This document shows, in pieces, positions 47,021-56,606 of a stretch of 64,000 nt of DNA. Location of the stretch: IMG/VR virus record IMGVR_UViG_3300019889_000009, positions 7,799 to 71,798 of that record; one strand, 5' to 3'. The notes beneath the pieces are model-generated. The model was not told where the DNA came from and searched no databases. It saw only the letters and a list, made by a program, of their open reading frames with translations. The position numbers and the translations under genes were made by a program. The number at the start of each line of letters is the position of its first letter. Position 1 is the stretch's first letter. This stretch comes from a virus.

Positions 47021-48340
47021 ATGGTCGCTAGGACCGGGAGTAAGAAAGACAAGGGCGGGTCCAAGGGTTCGTCTTTTGTGTACAAGAAGCGCAATGCTGA
47101 CGACGTGAAGAAGCGGGCCGAACAAACTGGCGGCCGGTTTGACTCACCGTTCAAGCAGGGCTTCGACGTGTTCCGCCCGAAGAATGGGGAGTCGCAGGTC
47201 CGCATCCTCCCTGCTTCATGGGAAGACCATGATCATTATGGGTTCGATGTTTGGATGCATCGCTTCGTCGGTGCTGACAATTCGAACTATCTATGTGCGA
47301 ACAAAATGCTGGGCAAGAAGTGCGCAGTGTGCGTCGAGCAGAAACTCGCGAAAGACGCGGGTGAAGATCAGGAAGCGAAAGATCTTGCACCCGTCAAGCG
47401 AAGCGTCGTGTGGTTGATCGATCGCGACGACAAGGCCGATCCACCGGTCCCGCAGTTGTGGGAAATGTCGTGGACGCAAGATCGCGATATCGCGGCACTG
47501 TGCCACACCGAGCGTACGGGCAAGATACTCCTGATCGATCACCCGGACGATGGCTATGATATCATCATCAAGAAGACTGGTCAGGGTCTCAAGACACGAT
47601 ACTCATTCATCATTGACCGGGAGTCTACCCCGATTTGTGATGACGTCGACGACCAGGACGATATCCTCGCGTTCATCACTGAGAACCCAGTGCCTGATAC
47701 TCTGCGATACGACACCTTCGAACACGTCGAGAAGCAAATGTCGGGTACCTCGGAGTCCAAGGACGAGGAACTCGACGATGACAAGCCCCGCGGTCGCAAG
47801 CGCAGTCGTGATGATGACGACGACGAGAAGCCGCGTGGTCGTGGTCGCGCTCGTGATGAAGATGATGACGAGAAGCCTCGTGGTCGGCGTGGTCGTGATA
47901 AAGACGACGATGACGATGATGACCGTGCTTCGCGGCGCCGTCGTGACCGTGACGATGATGACCCGGATGACGAGACAACGGAGCGTGGCAGTCGTGGTCG
48001 TAGTCGCGCTAAAGACGATGATGATGATAAACCGGCACGTCGTGGTCGTGGCAGAGATGCTGACGATGATGACGACAAGCCGGCACGTCGCGGTCGTGAA
48101 CGTGCGGACGAGGATGACGACGACAAGCCGAGAGGCCGTCGTTCTCGGGAAGAGCCTGAAGACGATGATAAGCCAGCGCGTCGAGGGCGTGGTCGCGATG
48201 CGGATGATGATGACGACAAACCCGCCCGCCGTGGTCGCGAGCGAGTTGATGAAGAAGAAGATGACAAACCGTCGCGACGTGGCCGCGCTCGTGACGATGA
48301 TGACGCCGAGGAGCGCCCTGCTCGCCGCAGTCGGCGTTGA
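47021..48340 (+). CDS. Single-stranded DNA-binding protein (gp32-like) with a long D/R repeat tail
   Basis: VRILP, H...YLC...CAVC zinc site, GYDIII..TGQGLKTRY; precedes recA. Confidence 0.7.
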   Translation: MVARTGSKKDKGGSKGSSFVYKKRNADDVKKRAEQTGGRFDSPFKQGFDVFRPKNGESQVRILPASWEDHDHYGFDVWMHRFVGADNSNYLCANKMLGKKCAVCVEQKLAKDAGEDQEAKDLAPVKRSVVWLIDRDDKADPPVPQLWEMSWTQDRDIAALCHTERTGKILLIDHPDDGYDIIIKKTGQGLKTRYSFIIDRESTPICDDVDDQDDILAFITENPVPDTLRYDTFEHVEKQMSGTSESKDEELDDDKPRGRKRSRDDDDDEKPRGRGRARDEDDDEKPRGRRGRDKDDDDDDDRASRRRRDRDDDDPDDETTERGSRGRSRAKDDDDDKPARRGRGRDADDDDDKPARRGRERADEDDDDKPRGRRSREEPEDDDKPARRGRGRDADDDDDKPARRGRERVDEEEDDKPSRRGRARDDDDAEERPARRSRR

Positions 48341-48394
48341 TACCATCGGGGGGTCGCGCGTTGCGGCCCCCCATTACATTGAACGGAGTCCGAT

Positions 48395-49393
48395 ATGGTG
48401 GCGCGCGAACGATTGAAACAGGGCAACTATTTTTCAGCCCCTAAGTCAAACTTACAATTCATACCGTCGGGGTCCAAGCTGTTGGATCTCTCGCTAGGTG
48501 GGGGGTGGTGTGAAGAACGGATCATCAACGTGGTTGGTGACAAGGCGACGGGCAAGACCCTGCTCATGATCGAAGCCAGCGCAAACTTTGCCCGCAAGTA
48601 TCCCAAGGGCAAGATCAGATACCGCGAAGCAGAGTCTGCATTCGATAAACCGTATGCAGGAGCACTCGGGATGCCGATCGAGCGTATTGACTTCGGTGGT
48701 GACGCTCCGATGGAAACGGTCGAGGACATGTTTGAGGACCTGCAAAAGATCGTGACGAAAGCGAAGCAAAAAGAATTGGTCATCGTTGACTCGTTGGACG
48801 CGTTGTCAGACCGCAGCGAAATGAAACGCGACATGGACGAGGGCACCTATGGCGCGCAGAAGGCCAAGATGCTGTCGCAGTTGTTTCGCAGACTGACGAG
48901 TCAATTAGCTGATAGCCAGGTCACGCTCATAATCGTGTCGCAGGTCCGCGACAAAATCGGAGTGTCATTCGGTCGCAAGTTTTCACGATCAGGCGGCAAG
49001 GCATTGGATTTTTACGCGTCGCAAGTCGTATACCTTGCGCACGTCGGTCGCCTGACCCGTAAGGTCTCGGGTCTCGCACGTGCAACTGGAGTCAAGGTGT
49101 TGGCGAAGATTGACAAGTCAAAGGTCGGACTCCCGTTCCGCGAAGCTGCTTTTGACGTGCGGTTCGGCTATGGGATCGATGACGTTCAGTCATGCGTCGA
49201 TTGGCTCAAGGAGTGTCGGTCACTCAAGCTCGCCGATATCAGGGAGTCTGAGGTCAAGGACTATTTGGATTGGGTGCTAGCAATGTCACCCGAGGATGGG
49301 CAGAAGGAGATCGACCGCATTCGTGCGATCGTTGAACACAAGTGGTATGAGATCGAAGACAAGCTGCTAACTCCGAGGAAGAAATATGGGTAA
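48395..49393 (+). CDS. RecA/UvsX-like recombinase
   Basis: SGSKLLDLSLGGG, GDKATGKT, IVDSLDAL, SQVRDKIG, SGGKALDFYAS. Confidence 0.92.
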   Translation: MVARERLKQGNYFSAPKSNLQFIPSGSKLLDLSLGGGWCEERIINVVGDKATGKTLLMIEASANFARKYPKGKIRYREAESAFDKPYAGALGMPIERIDFGGDAPMETVEDMFEDLQKIVTKAKQKELVIVDSLDALSDRSEMKRDMDEGTYGAQKAKMLSQLFRRLTSQLADSQVTLIIVSQVRDKIGVSFGRKFSRSGGKALDFYASQVVYLAHVGRLTRKVSGLARATGVKVLAKIDKSKVGLPFREAAFDVRFGYGIDDVQSCVDWLKECRSLKLADIRESEVKDYLDWVLAMSPEDGQKEIDRIRAIVEHKWYEIEDKLLTPRKKYG

Positions 49394-49476
49394 GCATAAA
49401 CCTGCACGACTACGACGCGCCAAAAAGAAAGCTGCACAACGCAAAGCCTATCGGGCACGCAAGAAGGAACGAGATA

Positions 49477-50136
49477 ATGCGCAAGGGAGGCGGGAAAGCA
49501 AAGGGGTCAGCGTATGAGCGCGAAGTTTGCAAAGCTTTGTCACTGTGGGTCTCGCACAATAAACGCGAGGATTTGTTCTGGCGGTCGGCGATGTCTGGGG
49601 GTCGTGCGACTGTCGGCCGACGTGCAGGCAAAGATCTTGCGCATCATGCGGGTGACATCTCCGCAACCCATCGGCTTGGACACGCGCTTACTGATCAGTT
49701 CTACGTCGAGTGTAAACGATACGCCGACCTGAAGATCGAGTCAGGAGTGTTGCGAGGAGTTGGTAAGCTCGCAGCGTTTTGGAAAGAGACTTGCAAGCAG
49801 GCCACCATTCACAAGAAGCTTCCGATGCTGATCGCGCGGCAGGACCAATCAAGCACCCTTTTGATCATCCCCCTTGCGTCAATTATCAACCCTTATGGCA
49901 CCCCGATGTACGCCCACAAGACGGTGGTGCTGCGATCGTGGGTAATGCGCGCGGACTTCTTCGAGTTCGATGCAGTGATGAAGCTTCCGTTCCCCGACGT
50001 CAACTCCGTCAATGAACCGTTCCTGAAAGCGGGGGAGCTTGCGCGCATCCTCGGCTATGAGGTTGCAAAAGTCAGTACTCGATCACGTGAACGCATTCGG
50101 CTTGAACCAATCAAACGCAAGAGGATAAGACTATGA
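49477..50136 (+). CDS. PD-(D/E)xK Holliday junction resolvase-like nuclease
   Basis: KGSAYEREVC, SAMSGG, GDI, VECK. Confidence 0.75.
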   Translation: MRKGGGKAKGSAYEREVCKALSLWVSHNKREDLFWRSAMSGGRATVGRRAGKDLAHHAGDISATHRLGHALTDQFYVECKRYADLKIESGVLRGVGKLAAFWKETCKQATIHKKLPMLIARQDQSSTLLIIPLASIINPYGTPMYAHKTVVLRSWVMRADFFEFDAVMKLPFPDVNSVNEPFLKAGELARILGYEVAKVSTRSRERIRLEPIKRKRIRL

Positions 50137-50762
50137 AATATACCGCAGCACCAGAATGGTTTGGATATGGTGGCCCGACATTGAACTTGCGCAGGGGACG
50201 CCCGTGCATCATCGTTGATTTGGACGGTACTCTCGCGAACAACGATCACCGACAACACTTCATGACTGGTGGTCGTAAGCAGTGGGGTCCATTCTTCGAC
50301 GCAATACCTAGGGACAGTGTTTATTCAGAAGTTAAGTTCATCATGAACTTGATTTTTAACAACACTGAAGTTGAAGTGCTAGTATGCACAGGCCGCCCTT
50401 CGCAGTATCACGGTCAGACGCGTGATTGGCTTGCGTTTCACGATATCAATTACTCAGCTTTGATCATGCGCTCTCAAAGTGACAATCGTGCGGACACCGA
50501 CGTCAAGCTAGACATGTTGGGTCACATCAAATCGCAGGGGCTTGCACCTTTGTTTTGTATTGATGATAGACCCGAGGTTGTTGCCATGTGGCGTGCGCAA
50601 GGCATCAGGACTTTGCAGTGTGATGCAACGGTGTGGGAGCAACGCGACAAGGTCGTGGCTGGGATGGACCCTCGAGCATTGCTTGACGAGTTGGAGCGTG
50701 AGCGTGAGTTGTGTGCTGAATTGCGCAGGGACAACATTATGCTGCGGGAGAAGTACGAATGA
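50133..50762 (+). CDS. HAD phosphatase resembling the T4 PNK 3'-phosphatase domain
   Basis: DLDGTL, CTGR, LIMR...DNRAD..VK, IDDRPEVVAMWR. Confidence 0.85.
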   Translation: MKYTAAPEWFGYGGPTLNLRRGRPCIIVDLDGTLANNDHRQHFMTGGRKQWGPFFDAIPRDSVYSEVKFIMNLIFNNTEVEVLVCTGRPSQYHGQTRDWLAFHDINYSALIMRSQSDNRADTDVKLDMLGHIKSQGLAPLFCIDDRPEVVAMWRAQGIRTLQCDATVWEQRDKVVAGMDPRALLDELERERELCAELRRDNIMLREKYE

Positions 50763-50995
50763 GTCATGAGCTTATGCCCGGCGAACTACATAAGCTGTAT
50801 GAAGCGTGGCGCCGTCCTAACAGCATTGTGCCGATGGACGGTTTGCCTGCGGGTCGAGCCCGCAGACGCAACAAGAACAATTCATTACTGCGTCAGTTGG
50901 GTTACCTTGAGCGTTTGCCCGATGGTGACTATAAATTGACACCACTGGGCATCGAGGTCGTGCTCGCGTACATCAAAGCAGGGAAGCCACGATGA
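50759..50995 (+). CDS. Small hypothetical protein
   Basis: ATGA overlaps on both sides. Confidence 0.5.
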   Translation: MSHELMPGELHKLYEAWRRPNSIVPMDGLPAGRARRRNKNNSLLRQLGYLERLPDGDYKLTPLGIEVVLAYIKAGKPR

Positions 50996-51996
50996 TTAAC
51001 CTATTGGTCACGGGCGATTTGCATTTGACCGACGACCCCGCGAACGAGTACCGACATTCGTTCATGCGGGAGTTGTGGTCGATCGCGAAGCAACGGCAGC
51101 CCGACGGCATCGTGATCCTCGGTGACTTGACACAAGAGAAGGATCGGCACTCCGCGTCATTGGTTAATCGAGTGGTTGATCATATCGATGCATTGGCATC
51201 GGTTGCCCCTGTCGTGATACTCGAGGGCAACCACGATTATGCGGATGAGGGGTCTCCATTCTTCGCGTTCCTGTCGCGGATACCGGACTGCACGTGGGTC
51301 GGCGCGATCACGGATGGTGCTGATATCGGCAAGCAGTTCAAGAGCTGTTTGTTTCTGCCACACACTCGACGCTACAAGGAGGATTGGAAAGATGTCGACT
51401 TCGAAGCGTTCGAAATCTGTTTCGCCCACCAAACCTTCACCGGTGCAAGCATCGGGTTTGGACGACAGCTCGAAGGTGTCCCTCTCGAATACATTCCCGC
51501 GCGTGCCTCCGTGGTGTCAGGAGACATTCACGTCCCTCAGTCACTGGGGCCTGTTATCTACGCCGGTGCACCCTACACGATCAATTTCGGAGACGAATAT
51601 ACTCCAAGGTTACTCAGCATCGATCTACCAAATGGACGAGTCCGTAGTATTGGAGTTGGCACCTTCCCTCAAAAACGTTTGGTCGTTGTCGGAGGAATTG
51701 AAGAACTCCCAACTGCAGGCTTTAACGAGAGAGATATTGTTAAGGTCCGCATCCGCGTTGACGACATGGGAACCTGGCACTCCACCAAAAAGGCAATCGA
51801 GGAGTGGGGGCAAGAGCACGGCCTTACCATTCAACGTAAAGAACCGATCCTCGAACACAAAGCGATAAAGCGCCGTATCAAGATCAAGGAGTCAAAGCAG
51901 TCTGATGACCATGAGTTGGTCGAGCAGTACGGCAAACGCCACGACCTCGACGACAAGACGATAGACATGGGTCTCGCGATCATGGAGGGCAAGTAA
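50992..51996 (+). CDS. SbcD/Mre11-like nuclease
   Basis: GDLH, LGD, GNHD, AHQ, SGDIH metallophosphoesterase motifs. Confidence 0.9.
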   Translation: MINLLVTGDLHLTDDPANEYRHSFMRELWSIAKQRQPDGIVILGDLTQEKDRHSASLVNRVVDHIDALASVAPVVILEGNHDYADEGSPFFAFLSRIPDCTWVGAITDGADIGKQFKSCLFLPHTRRYKEDWKDVDFEAFEICFAHQTFTGASIGFGRQLEGVPLEYIPARASVVSGDIHVPQSLGPVIYAGAPYTINFGDEYTPRLLSIDLPNGRVRSIGVGTFPQKRLVVVGGIEELPTAGFNERDIVKVRIRVDDMGTWHSTKKAIEEWGQEHGLTIQRKEPILEHKAIKRRIKIKESKQSDDHELVEQYGKRHDLDDKTIDMGLAIMEGK

Positions 51997-52229
51997 TGCG
52001 CAAGCGGCCATCACGTCGTCGCCTCAAGGCGCGTTTTATGCGCTATCAGCGGATTGCCCTTGAAGATGTCTACGAACGCGACCTTGTGGATTTCGTCAAG
52101 CGTTATGGGTATGAGACTGACCACACCGCAATGATCCGTAGATACTTTAAGCCAGTGCGTGTCGTTCTAGAGGAGTTCGGTGTGAAAAATTTGCGAGCCG
52201 CATTTTTAGGTTTAGGAGATGACCTATGA
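51996..52229 (+). CDS. Small hypothetical protein
   Basis: TAATG coupling. Confidence 0.45.
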   Translation: MRKRPSRRRLKARFMRYQRIALEDVYERDLVDFVKRYGYETDHTAMIRRYFKPVRVVLEEFGVKNLRAAFLGLGDDL

Positions 52230-52498
52230 AAGTTCACGCAATGCTTACGATCGTGCCCGAGACAAGATCAGTTAAAACATTTTGCGGTCGGTGGGGTAAG
52301 GCGACAATGGTCAGCACCGACAAGCCATTCGAGATCACAGCACCGTCGGGCACCACACTGACGGTGACGCAATCAACTGAGAACGTGGTCAAGCCATTGA
52401 GTGAGCAGCGGCAGCGTATTGTCGCGTACGCCATCCCAAATGACGCGGTGACGTGCTACAACTGCGTGCGTGTGTTCCGAAAAGCGATCAGGGCCTAA
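52226..52498 (+). CDS. Small hypothetical protein
   Basis: AGGAG RBS; overlaps neighbouring genes. Confidence 0.5.
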   Translation: MKVHAMLTIVPETRSVKTFCGRWGKATMVSTDKPFEITAPSGTTLTVTQSTENVVKPLSEQRQRIVAYAIPNDAVTCYNCVRVFRKAIRA

Positions 52499-54339
52499 TG
52501 ATGCCACACCTAGAGTTCGCGCGTATCACACTGATTGACTTCAAGGAGTTCAGGGGTGGGCCGCACAAGCTTGACCTCGCGAAGATCGGACTCGGCTGTC
52601 ACTTCATGTCAGGGGAGAACCGGGTTAACCCGCGATTGGGTAGCAACGGTGCGTCGAAGTCGTCGGTGTGGGACGCATTGTGTTGGTGTCTGTACGGGCG
52701 TACGGTGTCGGGCCTGCGGGGGATGGACCTGCGAACGTGGGAGACCAAGAACCATCCGCGGGTGCTGGTTGATGTTTATGTCGACGGTGCATTGATGACC
52801 GTGACCCGATCGACGACCACCAATGGTCTGTGGATCAATGACAAGGTGGTGACGCAAGAGAGTGTGGACAAACTGATCGGGCTATCGTTCGCGACGTTTC
52901 AGCACACACTGTACTTTGCGCAGAAGGCCGACACGTTCCTGGACCTGAAGTCTACGGCAAAGCTGGCACTGCTGTCGGAGACACTCGATCTCGATCGATG
53001 GGAAGAGCGCTCGAGGGCCGCGAACAAAAAAGCCAGTGACTACGAAGTCGCCATGTCGAGTCTTATGCATCAGTCTGCAAACCATGAGTTCATGATCTCC
53101 GACGCGCGCAAGACACTCGACGACCTCAAAGACAAGAGTGCTGGTTGGATGGACGAGCAGGCCGCAGCCCTCGAGACGAAAGAGAAGAACCTGCGACTGC
53201 TGTTAGCGGCTGTCGAACGCGCGCAGTTGGAGCTCGGTAACTACGATCTGGCCTATGACGGAGCCGAGACTGAACTGCGACATGCCCAGCGCGAACTCGA
53301 CAAGGGTGTGAATGCGTTCAGTGCCGCGGCTGCTAAGTATGCGGAGATGGGTGCGGAGTTTGATGCAGCTGACCGTGAACGCGTGCGGCTTGAGCTGGAC
53401 CTGCGCGACATGCTCGACGGCGACAAGTGCCCGACATGCGGCCAGACCCTCAAGGGTGACCACAAACTCCACGCGGCGAAAGCCCGCAAGGCGCTCAAGG
53501 AGCAGACCGAACGCGTGAAGAAGGCGAAGCGATCGTGGGAAGCATCGGGTACTGCTCGAGGAGCAGCCCGCATGAAGAAGGAGCGTTGGGAACATGACGT
53601 GCGGGTCTATCGTGCGAAGTCTGATGAAGCTGTCGACGGCCGCACGCGGGCGCAGGGCAAAGTGCAGGAGTTCAAGGCCGGTTACAAGGCACTGAACGAT
53701 CAGACGGCCGGACAGACCGACAATCCGTATTCACCCCTGATATCGAAAGCGCGAACGCAATGGAAGACCCTGATCAATCAAGCAGACGAATGTGACCGCC
53801 TGATCAAGGTCGCTGAACAAAAGCGCGAACGTGCCAAGTATTGGGTCAAGGGGTTCCGCGGCATCAGACTGTATCTGTTGCAGGAGGTGTTGGACGAATT
53901 GTACGCTGTTACCCAAACCCTGTTGCCGCAAATCGGTCTCGACGATTGGGAAGTACGATTTGATATCGAGCGCGAGAGCAAGGCGGGGGACGTGACGTTG
54001 GGTCTCAATGTCGAGGTGATGAAAATGGGAATGCAAAAGGGCGTCAAGATGGAGTCGTGGTCAGGCGGTGAGGGCCAACGCATAAGGTTGATCGGTGCCA
54101 TCGCCTTGAGTGAAGTGTTGCTGCGTCGTGCAGGAGTCGAATGCGATTTGATGATCCTCGACGAGGTCACCAAGCACATGTCGCCTGAGGGCGTCAACGA
54201 AACCATTGAGTATTTGAATGAGCGCGGCCGTGACAATCAAGTGTTCTACATCGATCACCAGGCGATCGAGAGTTCTCGTTTCTCTTCCGTCGTGCACGTC
54301 GTCAAGAGCGATCAGGGGGCCCGAATTGTCATTCGCTAG
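52498..54339 (+). CDS. SbcC/Rad50-like ATPase
   Basis: SNGASKS Walker A, CPTC zinc hook, SGGE signature, ILDE. Confidence 0.9.
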   Translation: MMPHLEFARITLIDFKEFRGGPHKLDLAKIGLGCHFMSGENRVNPRLGSNGASKSSVWDALCWCLYGRTVSGLRGMDLRTWETKNHPRVLVDVYVDGALMTVTRSTTTNGLWINDKVVTQESVDKLIGLSFATFQHTLYFAQKADTFLDLKSTAKLALLSETLDLDRWEERSRAANKKASDYEVAMSSLMHQSANHEFMISDARKTLDDLKDKSAGWMDEQAAALETKEKNLRLLLAAVERAQLELGNYDLAYDGAETELRHAQRELDKGVNAFSAAAAKYAEMGAEFDAADRERVRLELDLRDMLDGDKCPTCGQTLKGDHKLHAAKARKALKEQTERVKKAKRSWEASGTARGAARMKKERWEHDVRVYRAKSDEAVDGRTRAQGKVQEFKAGYKALNDQTAGQTDNPYSPLISKARTQWKTLINQADECDRLIKVAEQKRERAKYWVKGFRGIRLYLLQEVLDELYAVTQTLLPQIGLDDWEVRFDIERESKAGDVTLGLNVEVMKMGMQKGVKMESWSGGEGQRIRLIGAIALSEVLLRRAGVECDLMILDEVTKHMSPEGVNETIEYLNERGRDNQVFYIDHQAIESSRFSSVVHVVKSDQGARIVIR

Positions 54340-54383
54340 GAGCGTCACAGAGCGGTGCGACGCGATCAGGGGGGTATCGGCCC

Positions 54384-54965
54384 ATGCAAACGCGTAAAAT
54401 CGCCCCAGCGCGCTCCGATCGCACGGCAAATCCCCCTCGCAAGGGGCGTGCCCCGCACAAATCGCGTCCCCGCGTCGTCGATCCCCGTTGGGTGCTCGTC
54501 ACTACGCAATCGGGAAGAGAGAACTGGGCACGTCAAAACGTCGAAAAACAGGATATGAGAACCTTCATGCCGCGCATCGAGATCACCCACAAGGGCAAAT
54601 TGGTCGTGATGTTTCCCGGTTACCTGTTCGTGCAAGACTCCCCAAACCTGCACAGGTTAAGGGGAACGTTCGGCGTCATTGGTCTGGTACCGTCCAATCA
54701 CCGGATCGAATATGTGCCCCGACGTCACATGCAAGTGCTGTTCAACATGGTCAATGAGGAGCAGTACCTCGCACTCCCTCCCCCCGTCGTGCTCCCGAAA
54801 CTGCGCAAAAATAATCGTGTGAAGATCCTCACGGGGTCTTTTCAATCATGGCTCGGTTCGTATATAAGGGAAACCAAGGACGGATTGCACGAAGTGGCAA
54901 TCGAGTTCATGGGACAGATAGTCAAAGCCCGTTTCGGTCGCGAGTGGTTGGAGCTGATCGAATGA
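54384..54965 (+). CDS. NusG/RfaH-like transcription factor
   Basis: WVLVTTQSGRE, MFPGYLFV, GVIGLV, KOW-like VKILTGSF. Confidence 0.8.
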   Translation: MQTRKIAPARSDRTANPPRKGRAPHKSRPRVVDPRWVLVTTQSGRENWARQNVEKQDMRTFMPRIEITHKGKLVVMFPGYLFVQDSPNLHRLRGTFGVIGLVPSNHRIEYVPRRHMQVLFNMVNEEQYLALPPPVVLPKLRKNNRVKILTGSFQSWLGSYIRETKDGLHEVAIEFMGQIVKARFGREWLELIE

Positions 54966-55073
54966 CGCGGTACCCATTGAGCGGTGTCCTGCGGTAGCGT
55001 CCCTGCAACATACAAATGGAAGAGTCGATCAGAAGCCAGCCGACTCATGCCACCCACCATAAGGATCGCAATC

Positions 55074-55346
55074 ATGACAACAGACTACAACGCAATTCGC
55101 ACCAACGTCGAACTGGTATTGAAGGCACTCGAACGCGACAAGTTGCGCCCGCAGCAAATGTCGGCCGACGACGCCCGCAAATTCGCAAAGCAATCAGAAG
55201 AGATCGAAAGACAGGGACGCCAGGCCGTGGGCGACCTGTTCGTTACACTGCTGTCTTCGATCGCCCGCATTGCCGACTCCCTCGGGCCCGTCGAATTGTT
55301 CGCGACCGAAGGGACTCCTGCAGATCGCGAAGGAGAACTGCAATGA
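55074..55346 (+). CDS. Hypothetical protein
   Basis: AAGGA RBS before MTTDYN. Confidence 0.5.
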   Translation: MTTDYNAIRTNVELVLKALERDKLRPQQMSADDARKFAKQSEEIERQGRQAVGDLFVTLLSSIARIADSLGPVELFATEGTPADREGELQ

Positions 55347-55633
55347 ACACTCGCAGGAACATCCTCAAGGTGTTGGGCATGACGGCTGTCGCGGGTACTG
55401 TATCGACGGACACGATCGCGGGCAATGACAGCCCGGGTTACCCCGCTATCACGGTCGAAGGTTCCAAGCAGTTTCAGGATCGCGTGGCTGAGTCTCTGGA
55501 GTCTCTTGCGAAAGCAATCCGATCAGGTGAAGCTACAGCACTCGCGATCGACGTCCAGTCCAAACTGGAACTCAATAATTGGCTGCAACATGAAGTCAAG
55601 ATCAGAGTCGAGATCTTGCAGGACAATTCATGA
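55343..55633 (+). CDS. Hypothetical protein with twin-arginine-like N-terminus
   Basis: AAGGAG RBS; MNTRRNILKVLG. Confidence 0.5.
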   Translation: MNTRRNILKVLGMTAVAGTVSTDTIAGNDSPGYPAITVEGSKQFQDRVAESLESLAKAIRSGEATALAIDVQSKLELNNWLQHEVKIRVEILQDNS

Positions 55634-55867
55634 ACCAGTCAAATCAATTCCCGCAAAGGGAAATCAGGGACGACGTGGACAGACCGATGCACGCCCACCC
55701 CGGACGTTATTGTTCAATCGAGGGTCCCGTCTATTGCAAGACACTCGATCAACACATCAGGTGCGAGACTTGCCCGGTCTCGGTCGATGATAGTCTAGTA
55801 CTGCAGTTCAGTTAGACTGAGACCGCATAAAGTAAACCTATAATAGCAGTTAGATAGGAGTGCGCCA

Positions 55868-56317
55868 ATGAAACGCGAACGCTTAGACAGACCGACAGCA
55901 CGCCAGGCTGTCCACAATGAAGCCAAGAAGCCACTCGATCGTGGTTTCATCAAGGGTGGTAAGAAGATCGCAGGACGTCAGAAGGGTACTCCGAACAAAC
56001 TGACGTTCATGATCAAAGAAGCGATGTTGGAAGCAATCGTGCGCACGGGCAACGGCAGGGGTAAGCAGGGTGCTGTTGAGTTCTTCATGGAGCTTGCACG
56101 ACAAAAGGACAAGACACTGATCGTGCGGTTGCTTGAGCGTTGTCTGCCGTATCAGGTCACTGGCAAGGACGGTGGCCCCGTGCAGATGGTGTACGAGACT
56201 GTGGAAGACGTCAAGCAGCGCATGAAGGAACGCGGTCTGCCTGTTCCCAAGACATTGACCGCAATGCCGATCTATCAGCCGCTCGAGGAAGACTCCGACA
56301 CAGCGGGCGAGGCGTGA
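55868..56317 (+). CDS. Probable terminase small subunit
   Basis: GRQKGTPNK and VTGKDGGPV motifs; AGGAG RBS; upstream of the large terminase. Confidence 0.7.
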   Translation: MKRERLDRPTARQAVHNEAKKPLDRGFIKGGKKIAGRQKGTPNKLTFMIKEAMLEAIVRTGNGRGKQGAVEFFMELARQKDKTLIVRLLERCLPYQVTGKDGGPVQMVYETVEDVKQRMKERGLPVPKTLTAMPIYQPLEEDSDTAGEA

Positions 56318-56409
56318 CAGACTGGCTACACGATAAATGGCTACGGGTCTATTGGTACTTCCATGGGCCCGTGACAAACCCGCAACCACGTGGACAAGGA
56401 TATGTCGCC

Positions 56410-56601
56410 ATGTCAGGTGAGTCAATTATTCGTTTCCTCATTCTCGAAGTCGTGATTATTTGCGTGATGCTCCTCGCAGTCTGGGGCGTCAAGAAAATGG
56501 CGTGGGATGCTGAACCGACGAAGTACGTCACCATGATGATCTACGTGATCTTCGGTGGTGCAGCACTGCTCGCTGCGATGCGGTTCGCAGGCGTGTGGTG
56601 A
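56410..56601 (+). CDS. Small two-TM membrane protein
   Basis: AAGGA RBS; two hydrophobic helices. Confidence 0.5.
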   Translation: MSGESIIRFLILEVVIICVMLLAVWGVKKMAWDAEPTKYVTMMIYVIFGGAALLAAMRFAGVW

Positions 56602-56606
56602 TTGTC

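Noticed and set aside
47550-48426. Long alternative-frame and antisense ORFs over the D/R repeats (also 38034-38703)
   Set aside because: Shadow ORFs caused by stop-poor repetitive codons; no RBS
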